A stretch of 60,355 nucleotides of DNA from NCBI GenBank assembly GCA_012522275.1, contig JAAYKU010000182.1:1-60355 (forward strand). The letters are read 5' to 3'. Below are positions 50,848 to 59,174 of this stretch, one piece after another. Both the position numbers and the translations under genes were made by a program. Within the stretch, counting starts at the first letter, position 1; every line of letters begins with the position of its first letter. Origin of the DNA: Smithella sp. (GTDB lineage Bacteria; Desulfobacterota; Syntrophia; Syntrophales; Smithellaceae). Under the pieces are notes generated by a model. It searched no databases. It saw nothing but the letters and a program-made list of their open reading frames with translations, and was not told the DNA's origin.

Positions 50848-51963
50848 CTACAGTGATCCCAGGGCGATGAGCTCTTTTATGTTGATGTGCCTCGACTCAT
50901 CCACTGTCAGACCTTCTTCAATCAGCTCAAGCACACGGCCTTTCTCCTCCGGAAATTTATACCCTTCGTAATCCAGGGAAAAAAGCAGGCCTCCCTGGCG
51001 GTTGGTCCAGGAATTCATGTTATGGTCAAAGCACACCCGCGAGGTGACGTTCAGGTTTTCAATCATCACCTGAAGCTCCTGCAGCCGTTCGTGCGGTGAC
51101 GAAATGTGCAGACGCCCTTCTTCGTATTCACTGAATATTTCCGTTCCCTGACGTGGGACAAACGGGCGCGACCTTATATAATGGGGATTGATTTCGCTCA
51201 GGACACGCGCTGTGTTTTCCGCATGCTGATGCCACCTTTCACGGCCGCCCAGGTCCGGCATCCAGTATTCGGAAAGCTGAAATCCCGCGGCCATCGCTTT
51301 TTTACCGCCCTCGATCTGCTCAGCGCTGGTCACCCCTTTGCGCACCAGTTTCAATATTTCGTCGTCGCCCGACTCCAGGCCGACATGAAGGCGATCAAGC
51401 CCTGCTTCTCGTATGGACACCAATTCTTCGAGCTTCCTTTGAGCGAGTGTTTTGGAGCGTGTATAGGAAGTAACACGCGTGAGGCTGGCGAGTGTCTTGC
51501 GCAAATGCCGTAAAACATCGATAAACTCAGGCGGACGCATAATCATGCTGTTGGCGTCCTGCAGGAAAGCGGTCCTTCCCCCGTAATAAAGCCAGCTGAA
51601 GACATTGGAAAAACAATGATTCTCATTGAGGTAGGGATTAACGCTCAAAAGCGCCCGGAGAACATCTCTGTTGATCTGCCCGTTCTGACCCGCCTTATGT
51701 GAAACTTCTATAATTTCATCGGCCATGGCCTTTACCGTATCGATATCCTTTTTGATATCTTCCACCGGACGGTAAACAAAACGATGCCCTTTGTACATTT
51801 CGCAAAAAGTGCACTTATTCCATGGGCAATTTTCCGTCACACGCAGTAAAAGCGAAGCACTGCCCCCCTCGCTGGGTGGACGGTAAACGCCTACCGCAAA
51901 ATTCAATTTGCTTATTTTCTCAACATTTTCTCTATAAGGGTTATTTCCGGAATTAAACACCAT
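50848..51963 (-). CDS. Radical SAM protein of unknown function
   Basis: YRPPSE, CPWNKCTFC (CX4CX2C), HVGLESG. Confidence 0.85.
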   Translation of the reverse strand: MVFNSGNNPYRENVEKISKLNFAVGVYRPPSEGGSASLLLRVTENCPWNKCTFCEMYKGHRFVYRPVEDIKKDIDTVKAMADEIIEVSHKAGQNGQINRDVLRALLSVNPYLNENHCFSNVFSWLYYGGRTAFLQDANSMIMRPPEFIDVLRHLRKTLASLTRVTSYTRSKTLAQRKLEELVSIREAGLDRLHVGLESGDDEILKLVRKGVTSAEQIEGGKKAMAAGFQLSEYWMPDLGGRERWHQHAENTARVLSEINPHYIRSRPFVPRQGTEIFSEYEEGRLHISSPHERLQELQVMIENLNVTSRVCFDHNMNSWTNRQGGLLFSLDYEGYKFPEEKGRVLELIEEGLTVDESRHINIKELIALGSL

Positions 51964-52190
51964 AAAACACTCCTTTTTTCATTCTGTTGACTAATATAAC
52001 AATCTTTGCATCTTTGACAACACGTCTTTCCGGAAAAACCGCCTGTCGTATGCCCCATTCACATAATATTTATGGTAAGCACTTTACATGTAAAACCAAC
52101 AGGCGCAAAAAGACACCTGTGACTTTTTTCCGCAACCAATTTTTGTGCCTTTCAGACACCAAAATAACGTTAAAAAGACGAATATGTTGC

Positions 52191-52219
52191 TTGCACAAGA
52201 CATGTTCTTTATGTATAAA
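52191..52219 (+). promoter_or_regulatory. sigma70-type promoter of the MFS gene
   Basis: TTGCAC-17 nt-TATAAA. Confidence 0.45.
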
Positions 52220-52342
52220 GGCGATACATTTTAAAGGCTTTTCCGGCGCGGCAAATGCCTTTTGCGTTTCGTTTCCACAATGCTTTTCGTCGCGTCGCCA
52301 AATACACTGATGCCTGATAACGGCAAGGGAGGAAGTTAAAGT

Positions 52343-53635
52343 ATGGCTAATGAAAATTTGGAGAGTAAGCGTTGGTTTATCGCCATCGCCGCGGTCGTCA
52401 TTCAATTGTGTCTCGGCACCGTTTACGCCTGGTCGGTTTTCAAAAACCCCCTGATGAACATGCATGGCTGGGAAGGTAAAAGCGTTCAATACACCTTCAT
52501 GCTGCTGATGCTCATCATCGGTCTGTCCGCCGCTTTCGGCGGCACACTCGTTGACAAAAAAGGGCCGCGCTTTGTCGCCACCATCGGCGGTATCCTTTTT
52601 GGTATCGGCACACTGATTGCGGGTTATGCCGACCAGGTAGGTAATATCTGGCTGCTTTACCTCGGTTTCGGCGTGATCGCCGCTCTGGGCAATGGTTTCG
52701 GCTATGTCACCCCGATTGCCACACTCATTCGCTGGTTCCCGGATAAACGCGGTCTGGTCACGGGGCTGGCCGTAATGGGCTTCGGCGCGGGTGCTTTTTT
52801 CATGGGTAAAATCGCACCGGCGATGATCAATTCCTTCAAGGAGATCGACGAGGCCGGAAAAGTCATCTCTTCTGGTGTGGCCATGACCTGGTACATCTGG
52901 GGCATTGTCTTTTTGTTTCTGGTAGCCGGCGCAGCCCAGCTTTTCAAGAATCCTCCGGCCGGCTGGCTGCCGAAAGGTTTTAAGCCTGCCGCAACATCCG
53001 TCAGCGCGGCTGATTCCTTCAAACTTGGTGAAGCGATTAAGCGCCCCCAGTGGTGGATGCTGTGGGCCATGCTGTGCCTGAACATATCGGCCGGTCTGGG
53101 TTTAATTTCCCAGCATTCACCCCTGGCGCAGGATGTTTATAAAAAGACAATGGGGCTTCTCGAAAATCTCACACCTGAGCAGATTGCCCTTGTTGCCGCC
53201 GCCGGCGGAACCGTCGTGGCGGTCGCGGCCATCTTCAATGGTCTGGGGCGGCTTTTCTGGGCCAAGATTTCGGACAACATCGGCCGCCGTATGGTCTTTC
53301 TGATCATGTTTGCCACCCAGGCGGTTGTTTACCTGCTGGTCGCGATGGGCTATGTCTCCAACTACTATCTCTTCATCGTTGTTTCCTGCTATCTGCTGGC
53401 CTGCTACGGAGGAGGATTTGCCACCATGCCGGCTTTTGCCGCCGATTCCTTCGGGCCCGGCTACATCGGGAAGGTTTACGGCTTCATGCTGACTGCATGG
53501 AGTGCGGCTGGTCTTATCGGGCCATATGTCTTTGAAACCTTTAAAGACCAGGCTTTGTATATTGCGGCTATCCTTCTGGTGGTGGGCTTCTTCATCGCGC
53601 TTGTTTACAAGCCGCCCAGAGGGAAAAACGCCTAG
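52343..53635 (+). CDS. OFA family (oxalate/formate antiporter-like) MFS transporter
   Basis: LGTVYAWSVF, RWFPDKRGLVTG, NGLGRLFW, YGGGFATMPA. Confidence 0.88.
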   Translation: MANENLESKRWFIAIAAVVIQLCLGTVYAWSVFKNPLMNMHGWEGKSVQYTFMLLMLIIGLSAAFGGTLVDKKGPRFVATIGGILFGIGTLIAGYADQVGNIWLLYLGFGVIAALGNGFGYVTPIATLIRWFPDKRGLVTGLAVMGFGAGAFFMGKIAPAMINSFKEIDEAGKVISSGVAMTWYIWGIVFLFLVAGAAQLFKNPPAGWLPKGFKPAATSVSAADSFKLGEAIKRPQWWMLWAMLCLNISAGLGLISQHSPLAQDVYKKTMGLLENLTPEQIALVAAAGGTVVAVAAIFNGLGRLFWAKISDNIGRRMVFLIMFATQAVVYLLVAMGYVSNYYLFIVVSCYLLACYGGGFATMPAFAADSFGPGYIGKVYGFMLTAWSAAGLIGPYVFETFKDQALYIAAILLVVGFFIALVYKPPRGKNA

Positions 53636-53663
53636 ACTTTAAATTAAATAAGTCGACCATAAC

Positions 53664-53696
53664 AAAACCCCCGCAGACTTTCTGCGGGGGTTTTTT
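53664..53696. terminator. Bidirectional intrinsic terminator
   Basis: AAAACCCCCGCAGA-CTT-TCTGCGGGGGTTTTTT between convergent genes. Confidence 0.85.
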
Positions 53697-53727
53697 ACTT
53701 TTACCCATGAGCCGGTGTACAAATCTG

Positions 53728-55047
53728 CTACGTTGCTGTACGTCCCATCCAGTCAAGATTTTCCAGATCACCCAGTCTTTCACGGAAAAGCCGGTAGTAG
53801 AGCAGTTCCTCCTTGCCGGTCAGCTCCCAGCCGTTGGGAAGTTTTTTTTCACGCGAGAAATCCGCGTCGGTAACAGCCGATGCCGCATACTGAGCCAGCA
53901 TATTTTGCACGCCCGCTCCCTCCCAGAACTTCACTTTAGCCCGCCGCAAAACCGGACACGGCAGCAGGTCGGAAACCGCCTCGCGCAAAATCCACTTCTC
54001 GATGCCGTCGCGAAGCTTCAGGTCAATTGGTATCTGAAGGGCCAGATCCACCACCTCCGGATCCAAAAAAACAATATGCGTGCGAAGTCCGAAGGCGCCC
54101 CCGCACCGGTCCACGCGCTGCAGAGCCGTGTTGGAAAGACTCTTTGTAATGGTGATCAGCTCAGCCGCCAGCCGTCCTCGCGGCAAGTCTTTGAGATAGG
54201 CATAGCCGGCAAACAACTCATCTGCTCCTTCACCGGAAAAAGCCTCCATCGCATAGCGCCGGATGTGCCTTGCCGCCATATAATGCATGATGCTCGAGCG
54301 CACCAACAGTGCGTCGAATGATTCCAGATGGGCGATGATCTCCGGCAGTGTCTGCAGGATATCATCGCGGGTAACGATAACCTCATGATGTTCTGATTCA
54401 ATAAAGTCCGCAACCATGCGGGCAGGTGCGAAATCGGGCGCACCTGCCACCCCGGCCGCAAACGTCCGCAGCTTTTTTACATGCCTGCGCGCCAGGGCGG
54501 CAAGCAGGCTGGAGTCGAGGCCGCCTGATAAAAAACAGGCCGCCTCATCGGCGTGAATCTGGCTCTGGAGCGCCTTTTCCAGGCGCTTGCGCAGTTTGGC
54601 GGTCAACAAGGCGGGGTCTTCATTTAAAGGGGGCTTTTCACGAAGCTCAAAATAGCGTTCAAGAAACTCTCCGTCATAACGGCAACCGGCGGGAAATTCG
54701 CGTATATCATCTGTGGCAGCCTTAAGGCTTTTTACTTCCGAGGCAAAACACAAGGCGCCGTCCTTTCTCCTTCCGTAGTACAGGGGCGCAACGCCGAAAG
54801 GGTCGCGCTCCATGAAAGGCCGGCCGTTTATCAGGCCTGCAGCAGCATATTGATGATCACTTATCCTGTCTTCCACCTTATCTTCACCGGCCGTATGAGT
54901 CTGGGTATCGTTTCTGACGATACCCAGCGTGGCTCCCGGTAATCTGTCAACAGCAATCTCCCCCCGCCCCCGGTAACGTATAAGGTCGAGCATTTTTACA
55001 ACATCATTTTCAGAATTTTCTGCAAAGATACCGGCAATGGCCGCCAT
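53728..55047 (-). CDS. Asparagine-synthetase-like ATP-dependent amide/lactam ligase lacking the N-terminal Cys
   Basis: RDPFGVAPLYY, FASEVK, LSGGLDSS PP-loop, SGEGADELFAGY, EKWILR; N-terminus is MAAIAG rather than MCGI. Confidence 0.85.
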   Translation of the reverse strand: MAAIAGIFAENSENDVVKMLDLIRYRGRGEIAVDRLPGATLGIVRNDTQTHTAGEDKVEDRISDHQYAAAGLINGRPFMERDPFGVAPLYYGRRKDGALCFASEVKSLKAATDDIREFPAGCRYDGEFLERYFELREKPPLNEDPALLTAKLRKRLEKALQSQIHADEAACFLSGGLDSSLLAALARRHVKKLRTFAAGVAGAPDFAPARMVADFIESEHHEVIVTRDDILQTLPEIIAHLESFDALLVRSSIMHYMAARHIRRYAMEAFSGEGADELFAGYAYLKDLPRGRLAAELITITKSLSNTALQRVDRCGGAFGLRTHIVFLDPEVVDLALQIPIDLKLRDGIEKWILREAVSDLLPCPVLRRAKVKFWEGAGVQNMLAQYAASAVTDADFSREKKLPNGWELTGKEELLYYRLFRERLGDLENLDWMGRTAT

Positions 55048-55050
55048 CAC

Positions 55051-56940
55051 TCAACTCCTTTGGGAACGCTCTTTGAGCGTCTCTTTCCCGGCGATAATGC
55101 CCGCACGCTGTTTCGCGGATATCACCTTGTCGTTTTCGTCCACAAGGCATACCCCTCCATCCATTGCTTTAGTGCGCCATCGGACAGCTTTTTCAAACTC
55201 CTCACGGCATTCCCACAAATAAGGCACAGGGAGAAAGCCCTCCCGGAAAACCCGGTAAAATCCCTTCGCGCTGTACAAATCAGGAACGGCCGACTCTATC
55301 GCTGCCAGGAGAGTCTGCGCCTCCCCCAGCAGATGCTGTGTCCTGCGTCCAACTTCTTCATTGTGTTCCATATTGTCCATATTGCCGTTTCTTTTCTGAT
55401 GGCGGTATTCCTGAAGCGCAAATCGTGTAATCTGAATACTTTCATTGATCACAGACGGGTCGGCCAGGTGCGATGCTTCAGAATAGCTGACCACGTGAAT
55501 CATGGGCGGGCTTCCCGGGTCGTCCGGCTCGATGTCGTCCATCAAAGCGGTGAGAGCCGCAAGCTGCGCTTTAGCTTTTTCCAGATCATGGGAAAAATAG
55601 TCAAGCCCCCCGCGCGGCTGTAAAATCACCGAAAAATGCCTTCCTTCGAGCTGCCTCACCAGTTTGAGCGTCGCACGTGCTTTGGCCAGATCCTGTATGC
55701 CCCAGGTCCAGCGCGGCGTATTGAGCATGTTTTGTAAAACCAGACGGCTGATGCCCATTTTCCCGGCCAAGCGCGCGGCCAGAACCACGGAAACAATGCA
55801 GGTGACATCGTCGGCGCCGCGAAAGGCGAAATGATGAGGCACATTAGGCTCGAAGGGCTTGCCTGTCGCAGCGATATAGCGCAGGGTCTCTACGTGCTGC
55901 TGCAGATTTTCGTGAAGCGTATTCGGGCCACGGCCGTCGATCATGCAAAACCACCACAGAGAAAGGGCGTGCCACGCGATGTTGAGCGAATTTTCATGAA
56001 TCCGGGCAAGCTTGGGGACATTGCTCGTTCCCGCGTATGTCCGCACAAGCATGGGCCGCGCCGCTTCGTTTATCGCTTCATATTCTTGGCCTGAATTGAT
56101 GGGCACGCCCCCGCCGTTGGGTTTTTCTCCCCAGTCTTCACCAAAATTCGATTGGGTGAGCTGCGAGGTTCCGATGGACAACACATCCAGAAAACCGGCG
56201 GCGGCCAGGTTTTTTGTCCAGTCAATAAACAGACGCACCGCCTCATCACGCTTCGGCACAAAAGGCCCGACATGAGCGCGTATCACAGGCGGCAGTCCCC
56301 GCCTGCGGCCGTCGGCGATTCTTGCGGTCAGCGTGTCTTTCTTTGTCGCGTATCCTTCATACCCGCTGCGGTCCACCGGCTTGACGCCAAGATAGTCGCC
56401 CCGGCGGATGAGTTCTCTGGCAAACGACATTCTCCCTTCGTCATAGGCCATGCCGGAAGAAAGCCCGGCAGGCGCCCAGATGCTTTCTACTCCCAGTATG
56501 GAAAGGGTCTCCAGCGGCGTTTCATCCCCGGCAAAAACTCCTGACACTTCCGCTACCATCCGGCGGACGCGCTCGCAGGCGGCCGGCAGGCCGGCAAAAA
56601 ACAGGCCCCGCAAGGGCCCTCCCTGGCGTGCCAGAAGGCGTCTGTCTTTGAGGCGCTCAACCCAGCGGGCAAAAAGCTCCGCTCCCTTCTGCGGATCCAG
56701 ACGGTAGCTGAATCCCAGCATCGTAATACGTCGGGAACGCAGCCACTGCTCAAACTCATCGATAGCTTTTGCATCCTGCGGATGAGCGAGCGCCTCGCAT
56801 ATGCGCGCGTCGGCGATCAGCGCCTCTATCTTGCAGTCCTGCAGCAGCTGATAGACGGAGTAAATGCCCAGCGTGTGAGCTTCCAGGCCCGGACGCACCA
56901 GCCCGAAGCGGTCGGATCGTCTGGTTGTGACAGTCTTCAT
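55051..56940 (-). CDS. Cobalamin-binding-domain protein with a large, probably TIM-barrel, C-terminal domain; function unknown
   Basis: EAHTLG...GFSYRL...FAG resembles the base-off B12 motif DxHxxG..SxL..GG; TGATG coupling to the upstream gene. Confidence 0.75.
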   Translation of the reverse strand: MKTVTTRRSDRFGLVRPGLEAHTLGIYSVYQLLQDCKIEALIADARICEALAHPQDAKAIDEFEQWLRSRRITMLGFSYRLDPQKGAELFARWVERLKDRRLLARQGGPLRGLFFAGLPAACERVRRMVAEVSGVFAGDETPLETLSILGVESIWAPAGLSSGMAYDEGRMSFARELIRRGDYLGVKPVDRSGYEGYATKKDTLTARIADGRRRGLPPVIRAHVGPFVPKRDEAVRLFIDWTKNLAAAGFLDVLSIGTSQLTQSNFGEDWGEKPNGGGVPINSGQEYEAINEAARPMLVRTYAGTSNVPKLARIHENSLNIAWHALSLWWFCMIDGRGPNTLHENLQQHVETLRYIAATGKPFEPNVPHHFAFRGADDVTCIVSVVLAARLAGKMGISRLVLQNMLNTPRWTWGIQDLAKARATLKLVRQLEGRHFSVILQPRGGLDYFSHDLEKAKAQLAALTALMDDIEPDDPGSPPMIHVVSYSEASHLADPSVINESIQITRFALQEYRHQKRNGNMDNMEHNEEVGRRTQHLLGEAQTLLAAIESAVPDLYSAKGFYRVFREGFLPVPYLWECREEFEKAVRWRTKAMDGGVCLVDENDKVISAKQRAGIIAGKETLKERSQRS

Positions 56941-58604
56941 CACGTTCCTCCGTGGTGTCCGTGCCTGCCGAATCCCAGCTGCAGTGTATAGTCAATCTCT
57001 TTAGGCTTGCCCGGCTTTAATTCCATATTCTTATTTTCAGCGCCGACAATAAAAAAACGGATATCCTTAACCGACATGCCGGCAATGCCCAGCTTGTCCA
57101 CTGTTCTGCCCAAGGCCATATAATCCACACCGTGCATGATGGAGGCCAGGTGTATAATCGAGCGCATGGCGGGCGTAGGCACGCCGAGCATCTGACCGAT
57201 AGACGCTATAGGTACCAGACTGGCAGGGACATCTTCGGCAATGTAGCGATGGTGAACCGTTGATGTCGCCATGATGCCGCGGTAGCCCGGGTTGGCGCGC
57301 ATCGCCTCCAGAAGCGTTTTTCCTGCCGCGTTGTAGGCCAGATAGAGCCATTCCCGCGCCGTATTGGCGCGGATGCCCAGCGCGGCGGCAACGGCCACGC
57401 GCTCTTCGTCGATCGCCTCCAGAATATCGGCGACAGCGGGCGTCACCCCTTCGAGGTAAAACTGAAAATCGCCGTTTGTGTCCTCGATGCGCCCTGAATT
57501 CAAAATGGTAATCGCAGGATGAAAAACAGCGCCGATATTGTCCAGTCCGGTTTTCAGTACATTATCCCCCGGCACAAACTGCGGCAGCGCGGTTCTGATC
57601 ACAGGCAGAATGTCTGCTGTCTGATAGGAGGGCAAAGCGGCCAGCGGCACGGAATTTTTGATTCCGAAAATATGAACCTGCCCCGGGTTGGTCAGACGCG
57701 ATGCATATATCAGCGTCTGCGCCTCTGCGATATAAGGGTGCACATCGGGATTGATCGTTTTCAGCACCTGCGCGAACTCGAGGGCTCCGCCTGTTCTGCC
57801 GGGATTGAGCACGATAATCTGCCCGTCGCAAATGTGCGGAGCGATAATCTGCGCCACATTGCGATGTGCCGTCGCCGGCACCACCACCATCAAAACATCG
57901 CAGTCCCCGACAGCTTGTGCGGCTTCCGTCGTGACGATATTGAGCTTAGCCAGACCCTGCACTTCACCCGTCACGTCGATCCCCCCGCGGGCTACAATGG
58001 GGGCGAGACGGTCAAAATTCCTTGTGAACAAATTTACTTTCCGTCCCATCAGCGCCAGGTGACCCGCCATCGCCATACCTCCCGCGCCCGCACCCAGTAC
58101 GCAGAAACGCGGGGAACTGGTCTCTTCGACCACCTCGCCTAGCAGCGCCTCCATCATTTCCAGTACGGAAACGATTTCCTGCGGACTTTCCGCCGACAGC
58201 AGACTATGAACAAACTCCTCATGCTCGCACATATTGGCGAGACGGATTAAAACACGCACATAAAGATCGTGTGTTTGCGGAGGGGCAAGTAAAAGAAAAA
58301 TCAGATGCGCGTGTTCACCGGGGGCATCTCCCCACAAAACGCCTTCACGACTGGTGGCCACTGCCAGCAGCGGCTGCTTGCATGCCTGTGAAATGCTATG
58401 CGGTATCGCCACAAAATATTTCCCTGCCTGCATGCGTATAAGATAGCTTCTTTCATGAACGGCGATATCACGGACAGCCAGCTTTTTATCAAGACCCCAG
58501 ACACGGCGTGCAACATCAAGAAGCCGGTCGATGACTTCCTTGCGTCCTTTGGCCTTGATATTGACTATCGCTGATTCCGGTTTCAATATTTCGGCAATTT
58601 GCAT
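56940..58604 (-). CDS. PTS EIIA domain fused to an NAD(P)-dependent opine (octopine/nopaline) dehydrogenase
   Basis: First ~150 aa EIIA_2-like (VAIPH, HLIFLLLAP); then LGAGAGG Rossmann motif, NPGRTGG, FHPAITILN, HRYIAEDVP; AAGGAGG RBS. Confidence 0.88.
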   Translation of the reverse strand: MQIAEILKPESAIVNIKAKGRKEVIDRLLDVARRVWGLDKKLAVRDIAVHERSYLIRMQAGKYFVAIPHSISQACKQPLLAVATSREGVLWGDAPGEHAHLIFLLLAPPQTHDLYVRVLIRLANMCEHEEFVHSLLSAESPQEIVSVLEMMEALLGEVVEETSSPRFCVLGAGAGGMAMAGHLALMGRKVNLFTRNFDRLAPIVARGGIDVTGEVQGLAKLNIVTTEAAQAVGDCDVLMVVVPATAHRNVAQIIAPHICDGQIIVLNPGRTGGALEFAQVLKTINPDVHPYIAEAQTLIYASRLTNPGQVHIFGIKNSVPLAALPSYQTADILPVIRTALPQFVPGDNVLKTGLDNIGAVFHPAITILNSGRIEDTNGDFQFYLEGVTPAVADILEAIDEERVAVAAALGIRANTAREWLYLAYNAAGKTLLEAMRANPGYRGIMATSTVHHRYIAEDVPASLVPIASIGQMLGVPTPAMRSIIHLASIMHGVDYMALGRTVDKLGIAGMSVKDIRFFIVGAENKNMELKPGKPKEIDYTLQLGFGRHGHHGGT

Positions 58605-58695
58605 TGTTCCTCCTTACAGCTGAAGATAGCTCCACTATAACGGGCTTTCGTCAAAAATAACGCTTCTTGCGCCATTGTGTGCACTTGTTTTTTTG

Positions 58696-58743
58696 AAATA
58701 ATTAAACAAGGCAGCTTCTATCGAAGCCCGCGCCTCTGCCTTG
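58696..58743 (-). terminator. Terminator-like hairpin within the operon leader
   Basis: CAAGGCAG/CUGCCUUG stem (alternative overlapping inner hairpin GCUUC-GAUA-GAAGC) followed by UUUAAUUAUUU. Confidence 0.45.
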
Positions 58744-58831
58744 GGCATCGGCAATCAAATTAGTGATGCTGGGTTGGCGATCCGTTTTTGTCAAATCGCT
58801 GAGTTATCCAGAGAACCGGCTGAAAAGCATG

Positions 58832-58958
58832 GCACTCCTTTACTTTCGTCGCGGCGGCTGCTGCGTCTGAGCCGCCCGGCTCGAACCGTTTCCATACCCG
58901 CCGTGTGTGATCGTAAAAGTAGAAGGGATGGGAAACGGCTGACGGCCAAAGGAATTGC
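58832..58958 (-). ncRNA. Candidate structured cis-regulatory RNA, family not recognised
   Basis: Multi-stem fold by eye: P1 GCAAUUCCUUU/AAAGGAGUGC, P2 AGCCGUUUCC/GGAAACGGUU, P3 GGCGGCU/AGCCGCC, mini-hairpin AC-GAAA-GU. Confidence 0.5.
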
Positions 58959-58972
58959 TTTAGGTGATCGTT

Positions 58973-59001
58973 AGTATAGGTAATGCGCCTTGTGATGTCA
59001 A
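58973..59001 (-). promoter_or_regulatory. Near-consensus sigma70 promoter
   Basis: TTGACA (59001-58996), 17 nt spacer, TATACT (58978-58973). Confidence 0.75.
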
Positions 59002-59174
59002 TAAAGAATTCTCTCCAACCTTATCATGATAATCGGCAGTCAGTTTAAAGGGATAGCGGGATTACTCCCTCCGGGCGAAAAATTATTTTCCCAAGGAGAA
59101 GGACCGCCGGTGAATTTGACAGATTCATTTTAGCGCTCTATAATCATTGAAATCATCTGTCACGGGAGTCATGT

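Noticed and set aside
58801-58840. SAM-I riboswitch on the plus strand (TTATCCAGAG)
   Set aside because: Only the first ~10 nt resemble the consensus; P2-P4 motifs are missing and the strong promoter points the other way.
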